Below are positions 26,218-35,972 of a stretch of 64,000 bases of DNA, piece after piece. The stretch is from a virus. Each line of letters starts with the position of its first letter. Position 1 is the stretch's first letter. Under the pieces are notes generated by a model. It had not been told where the DNA came from, ran no database searches, and saw only the letters and a program-made list of their open reading frames with translations. Location of the stretch: IMG/VR virus record IMGVR_UViG_3300040801_001687, positions 1-64,000 of that record, one strand, 5' to 3'. Position numbers and translations under genes: made by a program.

Positions 26218-28319
26218 TTAATTTAGGTTCTAACGTAATGGGTATCGGTCTTTCAATAGTTTTGAGAGACCGTTTTACTGCGCAAGCTAATCGAGTAGCT
26301 GCATCAATGGGTATAATGAATAAACAAGCCCGTACTTTGCAAGCTTCTCTAGGTGCTACTCAAATAATGGGCTTTGGGTTAGCAGCGGGGGGTTTATTAA
26401 TGGCTCGTTCTTTTAAGAAGGCTGTTGATATATCTTCTGACTTTCATTACACATTAAAAGGTGTACAAGCAGTTTCCCAAGCTACTACAGAAGAACTTAA
26501 TCAAATAGAGGCTTCAGCTTTAAGGATAGGTAAATCCACTATATTTACTGCAAGGGAAGTAGGTTCTGCAATGCATTATTTGGGTGTTGCAGGTATGAAC
26601 GCTAAACAAATATTAGGTTCAATTGATGCTACTGCTTTATTAGGAGCGGCAACAGACACTAAAATTGGGGGTCAAGGGGGAACAGCTGATATTCTAACTA
26701 ATATAATGACCCCCTTTGGTTTAGCTGCTAATCAATCTATGAGGCTTGCGGATATTCTTGCTAGGGGTACAACTCGTGCAAATATTGAAATGCATGATTT
26801 AGGCCAATCCATGAAGTATGTGGCTAATGCTGCAAAACAAGTGGGGGTAGATGTAGAAGAAGCTACTGCAATGGTTACAGTATTAGGTAATGCAGGTATT
26901 AGAGGAGGTATGGCAGGTAGAGGACTTGCTAACGTATTAACATATATGTCTAGGATTCAATCCGAGTGGAGAACTCCAAAACAAGCCGAAATGCTTAAAT
27001 CCATAGGAATGAACCCATCGGATTTAAGAGATTCACAAGGGGAGCTTAGAGATATGGCTGGCTTACTTGATGTCTTTAGACAAAAGATGAGACACTTACC
27101 TGGAACTGAAAGGTTAGCTATACTATCAGGAGTATTAAATATTAGAGGTGCTAGAGCATTTATGCCTTTGTTTGAAGAAGGTACTAAACTGGGTTTGGGC
27201 TTTGCTGAAATGTTAACTTTATTAAGAGATGGCTCACAAGGAGCAGCAGAGGAGATTGCTAGAATGAGATTAGATAACCTTAAGGGTGATATTATTATAT
27301 TAAAATCAGCATGGGAGGCATTTAAGATTGCTCAGGGTTCTGCATTAGAAGGAACTTTAAGATTTATTACACAGGGATTAACTAAAGTAGTTAACCTAAT
27401 GACTAGGGTTGCAGAACATCCAATAGGTAAAGCTTTAATGGTATTAGGTTCTGTATTTGCAATTGCTACTTTGGGTTTAGGAGCTTTCTTAGTACTATTC
27501 TCAACCTTTGGGTTAATGATTACTACTTCAAGAACTTCCCTCAAATCAATGAGGGCTGCATTAGTTTGGACTTGGAATTCAGGTACTGCTGCTGTGGCTA
27601 GATATATTGCTGCTGCTCAAGGTGCTAGTTTTGTGGGTCCCGGTGGAAGTTTTGTTCAAAAAGGTAAAAAAGGTTTCCAATCAATTAACAAACCCAATAC
27701 ATTAATGGGAAGCTCATGGATTGCATCTAAGTTAGGATTGGGTGAGAAAGCTAAAGGAGCTACTCAAGCGGGAACTAAAGGAATGAAAGGATTCATTTCA
27801 TCATTAACTAAATCCAGTGGACTACTGGGGAAATTAGGAAGAGTTTTAAAATTAGTATTAGGACCTATTGGTTGGATTATAGGTTTAGCCGTTTCTTTTA
27901 TGGGTCTTAAAAATATAGTTAATCTATTGGTATGGGGTTTAGGAAAATTCCTACACTCTATTATGTTTATCTATGATTATATAAAAGGAGTATTTACTCA
28001 GGGGGATTTATCAGGTAGAAGGGCTAGAGAAAATTGGAATAAAAGGTCTAATAAATTAAATAAAGCTACAGGTTTAGATTTAAATGCTGGAGTATTGGGT
28101 TGGGGACAACCTGCTTCACCTGGAGTTTCTAAATCTCAAAAAGAATATGAGAAGAAGGAGATGGGTAGAATGATAGAAACCCTAGGAAAGATGGCTGGTA
28201 AAGAAACTAAAGTATCAGCTTCTAATGTAAACCTTGATGGAAAAAAAGTGGGTGAGATAATATTTGAAAATGAGGAGTATTCAAGTTTAAAGGATTTTTT
28301 AAATAACACAAGTCAATAA
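26214..28319 (+). CDS. Tape measure protein (TP901 core type)
   Basis: Ala/Gly-rich helical; T.FTA.EV, GNAGI.G..AG, DNLKGD...LKSAWE. Confidence 0.92.
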   Translation: MINLGSNVMGIGLSIVLRDRFTAQANRVAASMGIMNKQARTLQASLGATQIMGFGLAAGGLLMARSFKKAVDISSDFHYTLKGVQAVSQATTEELNQIEASALRIGKSTIFTAREVGSAMHYLGVAGMNAKQILGSIDATALLGAATDTKIGGQGGTADILTNIMTPFGLAANQSMRLADILARGTTRANIEMHDLGQSMKYVANAAKQVGVDVEEATAMVTVLGNAGIRGGMAGRGLANVLTYMSRIQSEWRTPKQAEMLKSIGMNPSDLRDSQGELRDMAGLLDVFRQKMRHLPGTERLAILSGVLNIRGARAFMPLFEEGTKLGLGFAEMLTLLRDGSQGAAEEIARMRLDNLKGDIIILKSAWEAFKIAQGSALEGTLRFITQGLTKVVNLMTRVAEHPIGKALMVLGSVFAIATLGLGAFLVLFSTFGLMITTSRTSLKSMRAALVWTWNSGTAAVARYIAAAQGASFVGPGGSFVQKGKKGFQSINKPNTLMGSSWIASKLGLGEKAKGATQAGTKGMKGFISSLTKSSGLLGKLGRVLKLVLGPIGWIIGLAVSFMGLKNIVNLLVWGLGKFLHSIMFIYDYIKGVFTQGDLSGRRARENWNKRSNKLNKATGLDLNAGVLGWGQPASPGVSKSQKEYEKKEMGRMIETLGKMAGKETKVSASNVNLDGKKVGEIIFENEEYSSLKDFLNNTSQ

Positions 28320-28320
28320 T

Positions 28321-28941
28321 ATGCCATTCTTTGAAGAACTAAGAGATTTAACAACCCCAAATAGGTTTGGGAGTAGGGGTCGTAATGAAAGGGAAAAAGG
28401 TTTTAATAACACCTCCACTATTTACAACCCCCATGAATTAGCTATTGTAAGAGTTGATGAGAGGGAGAAAAAAGTAGAAACCTTAAAAATTCAAGTTGTT
28501 CCAAAAGAATTAGATTATCAGCCTTCTTCTAATTGGGCAGTAATTCCAAGCGTAGGAAGAAACAACCCATTCTACAATTACACAGGAGGGGAAGATACTT
28601 TAAAATTTACTTTAGATTGGTTTTGTAATGATGAAAGAAGAACTGATGTAATACAATCCTGCAGGTGGTTAGAATCCCTTTCTAAAGCGGATGGGTATAA
28701 TACAGAACCCCCAAGAGTAATATTACAATTTGGTAGGTTATTTAGATTTGAGAAGTGGATTATAGAATCAGCCCCTTATAAATTATCATTATTTAATAGA
28801 GAATATTCAATGCTTCCAGGTCAAGCTTACCAGGAAGTAACTCTTAAAAGGGTAACAGGTTTTAACCTGGGTATTAAAGATATGAGAACAGTTTGGGGTG
28901 CAAAAGGAGAAAGAACAAATGACACAAGTAATTTCTATTAA
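28321..28941 (+). CDS. Baseplate/tube initiator (P2 gpU-like)
   Basis: GRNNP.Y.YTGG and PPRV...FG motifs; follows TMP. Confidence 0.75.
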   Translation: MPFFEELRDLTTPNRFGSRGRNEREKGFNNTSTIYNPHELAIVRVDEREKKVETLKIQVVPKELDYQPSSNWAVIPSVGRNNPFYNYTGGEDTLKFTLDWFCNDERRTDVIQSCRWLESLSKADGYNTEPPRVILQFGRLFRFEKWIIESAPYKLSLFNREYSMLPGQAYQEVTLKRVTGFNLGIKDMRTVWGAKGERTNDTSNFY

Positions 28942-29245
28942 CAGACAGAATCTAAGGCTACCTAAAGAGAACTTATACTCTAACGGTTATATAGTGGACT
29001 TAGGAGAAGAAGGCATGCTTTTAAAAAGGGATAGGTTAATTTATAACTTTAAATCCGAAAGAGATGTAAGACATAGAGTAACTGCTGGGGAAACTCTTAG
29101 CTCTTTAGCGTATAGATATTATAATAATTCTTTATCATGGTTTATATTAGCTGATGTTAACAATATATACAACCCCTTTAATTTAACTCCAGGCTCTATA
29201 TTACTAATACCTGATATTGATATAATTGAAAACCTTAGAAGATGA
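28898..29245 (+). CDS. LysM-type baseplate protein (gpX-like); true start probably ATG 28919
   Basis: GETLSSLAYRYY...W..LAD.N.I.NP..L.PG..L.IP. Confidence 0.85.
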   Translation: MQKEKEQMTQVISINRQNLRLPKENLYSNGYIVDLGEEGMLLKRDRLIYNFKSERDVRHRVTAGETLSSLAYRYYNNSLSWFILADVNNIYNPFNLTPGSILLIPDIDIIENLRR

Positions 29246-30804
29246 GTGATATAAAAAAACAAGGTTATGCTGGTATATTTATTAGAGTATTCAATGCTAA
29301 TAACTCTGAACTTATCCAAGGTGTTACCTCTATAAAATATACTCATTCTGAAAGAGCAGATGATGCCTCTACTATAACCATAAAAAGTAAAGAAGTTGGT
29401 ATAGTGGATTCTCCTGATATTCAGGAAAACAAGATGTTGAATTTAGTTTTTGGTTACACTAGTGGAGAGAAACAAAAAAGACAAGTTTGGATTTGGGATA
29501 TACAAACTGAATTCACTACGGAAGGTGTAACACTAAGGATAGAGGCTTATTGTAAAGCTGCTTACTTATTATTAGATTCATCTAAGGATGTATGGAATAA
29601 TACTAACCTAGAAGATATGGCAAGACAAATTGCTGATTCAAGTGGGTTAGAATTTGAAAATGAATTCGATGAGGCTTATGTAGATTTTGCAAAGGGTTCA
29701 GAATTTGATGAAGAGACTAACCAATTTACTCAGGCTAGGGATACAACTTCAAGACCTAGAGTATATAGGTGGAAAAACCAACAGGTTGTTGCAGCTAATC
29801 GTTCCAAAGCTCGTATACTTCAGGATATGAAAGAAAAAGAACCAACTCCTGATGTTGTTATAGAGGGTAGGGATGATAAACTAATACTAAGAAGAAGAAA
29901 TTTAAAACAAAGCCCTTATAAATCATTAGTATGGAGAGGGGAACCAGGAAATTTTTTACAATTTGAACCCCGTTCTAATTTAAGGTTAAATAAAAAATAT
30001 GGTATTAGTAATTCGGTATCTACTTGGGATGAGGAGAATAAAGAATACACTCAAGGCTCTGTAGGTAAACCCCAAACTGGTATAACCTCTTTGGGAGATA
30101 ATGAGGAAGTAACTTGGGGTCAACAAAAGGCCGAAGATATACAATCAGCTTTAAATGAAGATATATTAACCGGGTCACCTTATACAGTTGATGGGGTATA
30201 TGTAGAGGAGGAAATTGATGAAAAGGATGAAAACGGTAACCCCATAATAAAGAGAAGGTTTAATAAAAAACTAGAGATTGGGGATAATGCTTTTGTAGGT
30301 TGGGTAAAAAGGGGTACTAGAAAATCTAATTTAGTATTAGATAAAAAATTTATTACTGTAGAAACTGATGTAACCGGAAGAATAGAACAAAGGGGTTTTG
30401 ATGTTATACCCATAACTAAAGAAAATTTACCCACTGGAGATGGAACACCAGAAGAAGAAGCAGGAGCGGGAGCAAATAGAAAAGCTAGAAATGAGTTAGA
30501 TTTATATGAGGCTAATATCATGGTATTGGGTGACCCCGATTTAGTATCAGGTAAAATAGTAAATATAAAAGGTACAGGAGTTAAGTACTCAGGTAATTGG
30601 TATATAAAGTCTGCTACCCACGAATTGGAAACAGAAAGTGGTTACATTACTAGATTATTAGTATGTAGAAACTCATTAAATAGTTTAGATAATGAAAACC
30701 CTTTAAAATTAAAAACATCTCAAATTAATATAGAATCCAATAATGGTATATTAACTGAAGATGGGACTATTAACCTATTAAACGTACCAGTTAGAAATGA
30801 TTAA
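29242..30804 (+). CDS. Baseplate hub (P2 gpD/Mu gp44-like)
   Basis: GDPDL..G..VNI.G.G.KYSG.WYI.S..H motif. Confidence 0.85.
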   Translation: MSDIKKQGYAGIFIRVFNANNSELIQGVTSIKYTHSERADDASTITIKSKEVGIVDSPDIQENKMLNLVFGYTSGEKQKRQVWIWDIQTEFTTEGVTLRIEAYCKAAYLLLDSSKDVWNNTNLEDMARQIADSSGLEFENEFDEAYVDFAKGSEFDEETNQFTQARDTTSRPRVYRWKNQQVVAANRSKARILQDMKEKEPTPDVVIEGRDDKLILRRRNLKQSPYKSLVWRGEPGNFLQFEPRSNLRLNKKYGISNSVSTWDEENKEYTQGSVGKPQTGITSLGDNEEVTWGQQKAEDIQSALNEDILTGSPYTVDGVYVEEEIDEKDENGNPIIKRRFNKKLEIGDNAFVGWVKRGTRKSNLVLDKKFITVETDVTGRIEQRGFDVIPITKENLPTGDGTPEEEAGAGANRKARNELDLYEANIMVLGDPDLVSGKIVNIKGTGVKYSGNWYIKSATHELETESGYITRLLVCRNSLNSLDNENPLKLKTSQINIESNNGILTEDGTINLLNVPVRND

Positions 30805-31513
30805 AAACATAGCTAAAGTATTTAGGGATTTAAGTTTATATGGGTTAGAGAAGTTAGGGTTGTACTACTCTAAGTATAGAGCTTTTGTTTATGATAGAGA
30901 CGACCCAAAGGGTTATGGGAGATTAAGAGTTCAAGTTCCCGAAGTATTTGGGGATATGGTTTTAGATTATTGGGCTTGGCCTGCTTCTAATTATTCAGGA
31001 ATAGGTTATGGAGCTCAAGTGATACCTCAAAATAATGATATGGTATGGGTTGAATTTGAAAAAGGAAATCCAAGAAAACCCCTTTGGAATTATGGGTACC
31101 ATTCAAAAGGAGAAAAACCTGATGATTTAAAAGACCCAAATAAGTATTGGTTTAGAACTCCAAAAGGTTTACATATTGAGTTTGATGATAATCTTTTAAA
31201 GACCAAGATTACAACACCAAATGGGTATATATTTGAAATGGATGAAGATTCTGAAACCATAAAAGTTAGTGGGGGAGTTATCTCATTAAACGGAGACGGG
31301 GAAGGGGGTTTAGTTTTATCACAAGAGGTATCAGATAAGTTTAATGATTTAGAATCAGAAATAAATGAATTAAAAACTATATTTACATCTTGGGTAGTGG
31401 CTCCAACTGATGGGGGTTTAGCTTTAAAAACTTTAGTAACTAATTGGGCTTCAGGACAATTAACACCTTCTCAAAAAGGAGAGTTTGAAAATGACAATGT
31501 AAAACATGGATAG
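30797..31513 (+). CDS. Baseplate spike (gp5/gpV OB fold)
   Basis: DDPKGYGRLRVQVP...WA.P...P...D.VWVEFE.G....P. Confidence 0.9.
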   Translation: MIKNIAKVFRDLSLYGLEKLGLYYSKYRAFVYDRDDPKGYGRLRVQVPEVFGDMVLDYWAWPASNYSGIGYGAQVIPQNNDMVWVEFEKGNPRKPLWNYGYHSKGEKPDDLKDPNKYWFRTPKGLHIEFDDNLLKTKITTPNGYIFEMDEDSETIKVSGGVISLNGDGEGGLVLSQEVSDKFNDLESEINELKTIFTSWVVAPTDGGLALKTLVTNWASGQLTPSQKGEFENDNVKHG

Positions 31514-31898
31514 TATTAATAAATTTATAGGTACAGGAATATCTTTCCCAATAATACTTCAAGGTGGTAAGCCAGTTATATCTTCGGGTTCAGAGCTTAT
31601 TAGTTCCTCTATAAAGATAATACTATCTTGGACAGTGGGGACAAGGTTAATGAATTCTTCTTTTGGTTCCTTAGTGGATGATTTAATAGAGGAACCCAAT
31701 GATAGCTTTATAAGGGGTTTATTAGAAGAGTTAATTTTTGATTCTTTAAGTACCTTTGAAAAAAGAATTACGGTTTTAGATATTAATGTATCTAAAATAG
31801 AAAATGAAAAATTAGAAGTTTTTGTGTTGTATAGAATTAAAGGCTCTAGGATTGAGGACTCATTAACTTTTCCATATTATAAAACTTTATCGAATTAA
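31506..31898 (+). CDS. gp25/GPW baseplate wedge
   Basis: G.GISFP, G.RLM...FGS, EPND, EKRI. Confidence 0.9.
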   Translation: MDSINKFIGTGISFPIILQGGKPVISSGSELISSSIKIILSWTVGTRLMNSSFGSLVDDLIEEPNDSFIRGLLEELIFDSLSTFEKRITVLDINVSKIENEKLEVFVLYRIKGSRIEDSLTFPYYKTLSN

Positions 31899-31900
31899 TT

Positions 31901-33604
31901 ATGGCTAATGTAAAAAATAATTGGGTAGGCTTTTTAGATAGGTCTTATCAGCAAATAAAGAATGCTCTTCTATCCCGAGTTACTATAAGTAACCCCGAGT
32001 TGACAGACCATAGCCCATCAAATCCTTTTGTTATAATAATTGATATGTTTGCTGCAATAGCAGAGATGCTCAACTATTATATTGATAATGTTGCAAAGGA
32101 ATCATTTTTTGCTACTGCTAGTAGAAGAAGTTCCATAATTAATCATTCTACTGGACTTGACTATAGAATTAAAGCTAGAAGTCCTGAATCAGTAGATGTA
32201 GTACTAACTTTCGATAGTCCAGGTGGAGCAAATTTTAGTATATTAAGTAACACCTCCATAAATTCAAATGATGGGTATACTTTTAGAACTTTAGAGGACC
32301 ATGATGTATTAGCTGCAGATACCTTTGCAAATATACCTTTTGTACAAGTTGATTTAATAAGTAGAACACTAGGTTCTTCTAATGGTGCTTCCAATCAAAA
32401 ATTCCAAATAAGCGATAAGTATGTACATAAAACTATGGAGATAACCATAGCTGGTCAAGATTATTTTGAAGTAAATACTTTTGCTAATTCTAATCAAGAG
32501 GATAGGCATTATGTAGTGGATATAGATACTGATGGTTTTGCTTATGTAAGATTTGGAGATGGTAAAAAGGGAGTAGTTCCCCAAAATGGTGAGGATATAA
32601 TAGCTAATTACCAAGACACTGAAGCGGGGGACAATAAAATTGATGCTAATGATTTAGATATAAATACATTAACCTTAAACTTAAGTCAAAATTTAGTAAC
32701 AGTAGATACTGCAAATAACCCAACATCTTCATCGGGGGGAGCATTTTTTGAATCAACTGAAGATATTAGGGACAATGCAATGAGAAGCCTAAGAACTTTG
32801 GATAGAGCTGTAAATGTTCAAGACCATGTAGATATTATTAATGCTTTACCTGGGATAAGGGATACTGCTATAAACTTCTGTTGTGGGGAAGATATAAATT
32901 TATACATTGTACCCCAAGGGGGTGGCTTAGCTCAACAATCATTAATTAATCAGGCTCAAGAAGAAATTAATGATAAGTCAATGGTTTTAGTAAACCCAAT
33001 AGTTAGAGCAGCTGGAGAGAGTAGGTTATTCATTAGAATGAAAGTTTATGCTAGACCTAGAAAATCCTTAATAGATGTAAAACAAACAGTAGAACAAGCT
33101 TTACTAGATTACCAGGATTCATCTGATATAAAAATAAATAGTAATATAAGGTTATCTGATATTCAAGCCTTAATAGATAATTTACCTTCTGTTGATTATT
33201 TGGATATAACAGAACTCTGGGTAGAACCTTATGCTAGACCCATAGGTCACAACAATCAATTAAATTGGACTAGGATAGGGGGTAAAGCTATGGACCAAAT
33301 AAGGGATTGGAGATTGGAAGTTGACTCAAATGGTGATTTTCTAGTATACATGGACAATGTTTTACAAGAGATATTAGAAGTAGGCCAAGAGTGGAACAGC
33401 CCACTAGGTAGTACAAATAACCCATATTTTACAATAACTATAAACTCTGGTTCTTATAACGTAGGGGATAGGTGGGAATTTAAAACTTACCCTTATTTAC
33501 AAAATGTATCTTTAAGGGATTTCACAATTGTAAAGATGGATTTAAACTTTATAAAGGTATCTGTAGTTTCTAGTCAAAACCAAGAAAGTTCTTCATCATG
33601 TTAA
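31901..33604 (+). CDS. Baseplate J/gp6-like wedge protein
   Basis: YYID....E.F..TA, FGDG..G..P, GG...ES, RAV...D. Confidence 0.9.
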   Translation: MANVKNNWVGFLDRSYQQIKNALLSRVTISNPELTDHSPSNPFVIIIDMFAAIAEMLNYYIDNVAKESFFATASRRSSIINHSTGLDYRIKARSPESVDVVLTFDSPGGANFSILSNTSINSNDGYTFRTLEDHDVLAADTFANIPFVQVDLISRTLGSSNGASNQKFQISDKYVHKTMEITIAGQDYFEVNTFANSNQEDRHYVVDIDTDGFAYVRFGDGKKGVVPQNGEDIIANYQDTEAGDNKIDANDLDINTLTLNLSQNLVTVDTANNPTSSSGGAFFESTEDIRDNAMRSLRTLDRAVNVQDHVDIINALPGIRDTAINFCCGEDINLYIVPQGGGLAQQSLINQAQEEINDKSMVLVNPIVRAAGESRLFIRMKVYARPRKSLIDVKQTVEQALLDYQDSSDIKINSNIRLSDIQALIDNLPSVDYLDITELWVEPYARPIGHNNQLNWTRIGGKAMDQIRDWRLEVDSNGDFLVYMDNVLQEILEVGQEWNSPLGSTNNPYFTITINSGSYNVGDRWEFKTYPYLQNVSLRDFTIVKMDLNFIKVSVVSSQNQESSSSC

Positions 33605-34383
33605 CAACCTATAAAGAATATTTATCTCAAAAACTATTACCTAGTTATTTTACATCAGAGGATAGCTATAAGGATTCTAATGGTAAAGGTTTTCTTCAAA
33701 GGTTTTTAGAGATATTTGGAGAGGAACTAGACGATTATAGTGATGAGGCTATAAATGAATTGGAGAGTTTAGCTAACCCTTTATTGTTAAGCGATATAGA
33801 ATTTTTAAATTATAAAGCTTTTAGAAGTGGGGATTTAAATTTAACCTCACTTCTTTTAAGTACTGGGGAGTATCAAAACCTATTAACCTATATATTTACA
33901 ATCTATAAAGTAAAAGGAACTAAAAAATCCTATGAGGCTCTTTTAGCATTACTTAATATAACTGAAGTATCTTTTCAAAGATATCCAACACCTGATATAA
34001 GGTATGATGTTGAGGGGATAAATTATGATGATAACCAAGTAAGATACGATGATTCAATTTGTATAACCTGTTTTGAATATGATTTAATAATTACAGGAAC
34101 AGAGTCTATAAGCTCATTGTTTTATAGTAATGTAATTAAATTAGTTAAATTAGTAGAACCCATAAATGCTAAATTAATAAAAATTATATATAATGGAACT
34201 GAACTATCAGAAGCTCCAATCACGGTATATGTAGATGAGAATGGAGATTTAGTATATGATAATACAAATGACCCTGGTTTAATATTATCATTGGACGATA
34301 ATGGAAATTTAATTATTTCAGGGCCTAGTGAGGACAACTATTTTGTTGACGACCAAGGTAATTTAATCTATATAAATGACTAA
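33598..34383 (+). CDS. Baseplate wedge (P2 gpI-like) with C-terminal DxxGxL repeats
   Basis: LP.YF, LQRFL..FG, YK.KGT. Confidence 0.75.
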   Translation: MLTTYKEYLSQKLLPSYFTSEDSYKDSNGKGFLQRFLEIFGEELDDYSDEAINELESLANPLLLSDIEFLNYKAFRSGDLNLTSLLLSTGEYQNLLTYIFTIYKVKGTKKSYEALLALLNITEVSFQRYPTPDIRYDVEGINYDDNQVRYDDSICITCFEYDLIITGTESISSLFYSNVIKLVKLVEPINAKLIKIIYNGTELSEAPITVYVDENGDLVYDNTNDPGLILSLDDNGNLIISGPSEDNYFVDDQGNLIYIND

Positions 34384-34385
34384 AT

Positions 34386-35969
34386 ATGATTAATGTAGGA
34401 AATGTAGTTGGTTTAATTAAGTCAGTAAACCCACCATCAAAGACTTATGTACTATGGGGTAAGATATTAAATCCATCTTTCCCCAATGTTGTAGATATAC
34501 TATACTACGACAACCTGGGTGGGGAATGGATAAGTATAACTGACCCAACTCTACAATATTGGTTAAAACCTGTTATCCAAGTTTTAGGAGCCCCACCTAG
34601 TAGCCCTAGTGAAAGAGATAGGTACCTAATAACTGATACAGGTGCATCTGGTGACTTTGTTAATAAAGAGGACCAAATAGCTACATATATAACTGGGGAA
34701 TGGCAATACGCTATACCAAGAGATGGTTATATAATTACTGTTAGAAATCAAGCTAATAAACTTTATGAGTATGTAGGAGAATATGGGAACGGAGGTGAAT
34801 GGACTATAAATGATTTTCAAGTACCCATATCACCTGATGATTATATACCTAATGTAGAAAAGGGTTTACCCGAGGGAGTAGCTACTTTAGATGAATTGGG
34901 TTGGATTCCAATAAATCAAATAAATTCAGAAACCTTACCTTATGATACAGACTACCCAAGCCTATGGCCAAGTGGTAATCCGTCTACTATTGTTAATGCT
35001 TTAGAAGAGTTAATACAAATTATAGGTAATCAAGCTGATTTAAGTGGTTATGTTCAAAGTGTAAATGGAGAAGGACCAGACCCCTCTGGTAATGTTGATA
35101 TAGATACCAGCTCCGAAGAAGAGATAACAGTTAATGTTGATATACCAGAAGCGGGCTACCAAAGTGGTGATGTTATACCCCAAGGTACTTCATTTACTGA
35201 TTTTCTTAAAAACTTTTTAACTAAAGTAAAAAATCCTACTTTTTTAAACCCAAGTTTTAATTTAGTAAGAGATTACCCTGACCAATTACAAGTGATTGGA
35301 GCTCTAGTAGAAGTTAAGGTTATATTTAATTTTAACAGAGGACAGATAAGAGGGGACCTAGTGAATGGAGTTTGGGATGCTAATGAAGTTCAAGGGGAAA
35401 GAGCAGGAGAAGCTACTAGCTATGATATAATGGGACAAATAAGAACTGTGGGAGTAGATGCAGACCCTAACGAATATATAGATACTATAGAAATCCAGAG
35501 TGGTGATAATGATTTCACTGGAGAAGTTACTTACTTAGAAGGGCCCCAACCTTATAACTCAGACCAAGTTGATTTTGATTCACCTTATCCGGCTGGAACT
35601 TCTCCACAAGAGGTTGCTTCTGTTATAGGGGTATACCCTTTATTTGCTTCTACAGTTGATATTACAGTTGACACAGAACAACCTTTATATAATATGTTTA
35701 ATGTAAATTCAATAGAACTAGATTTAGTAGCTGAATCAGGTGGAGAAAAACAATTCTTCGAGATTCCACAGGCTTGGTTGGATGTAAACCCAATAGCTGC
35801 TATACAATTTTTTAATCCGGTTTCAAATCAATTTGACCCGACCAATCAACTATCAACCTTTATACAAGAATTTTTTACAAAAACTATAGAAGGTAACGTA
35901 GTTGATTACGTAAGATACAGAAATTCCTCAGCTGATAGAGGAGCTTTAACAATAAAATTAATATTCTAA
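34386..35969 (+). CDS. Tail fibre/baseplate protein with a DUF2793-like domain
   Basis: PPSSP...DRYLI...ASGDF......IA.Y..GEW; GVATLD and VQSVNG fibre motifs. Confidence 0.7.
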   Translation: MINVGNVVGLIKSVNPPSKTYVLWGKILNPSFPNVVDILYYDNLGGEWISITDPTLQYWLKPVIQVLGAPPSSPSERDRYLITDTGASGDFVNKEDQIATYITGEWQYAIPRDGYIITVRNQANKLYEYVGEYGNGGEWTINDFQVPISPDDYIPNVEKGLPEGVATLDELGWIPINQINSETLPYDTDYPSLWPSGNPSTIVNALEELIQIIGNQADLSGYVQSVNGEGPDPSGNVDIDTSSEEEITVNVDIPEAGYQSGDVIPQGTSFTDFLKNFLTKVKNPTFLNPSFNLVRDYPDQLQVIGALVEVKVIFNFNRGQIRGDLVNGVWDANEVQGERAGEATSYDIMGQIRTVGVDADPNEYIDTIEIQSGDNDFTGEVTYLEGPQPYNSDQVDFDSPYPAGTSPQEVASVIGVYPLFASTVDITVDTEQPLYNMFNVNSIELDLVAESGGEKQFFEIPQAWLDVNPIAAIQFFNPVSNQFDPTNQLSTFIQEFFTKTIEGNVVDYVRYRNSSADRGALTIKLIF

Positions 35970-35972
35970 GTT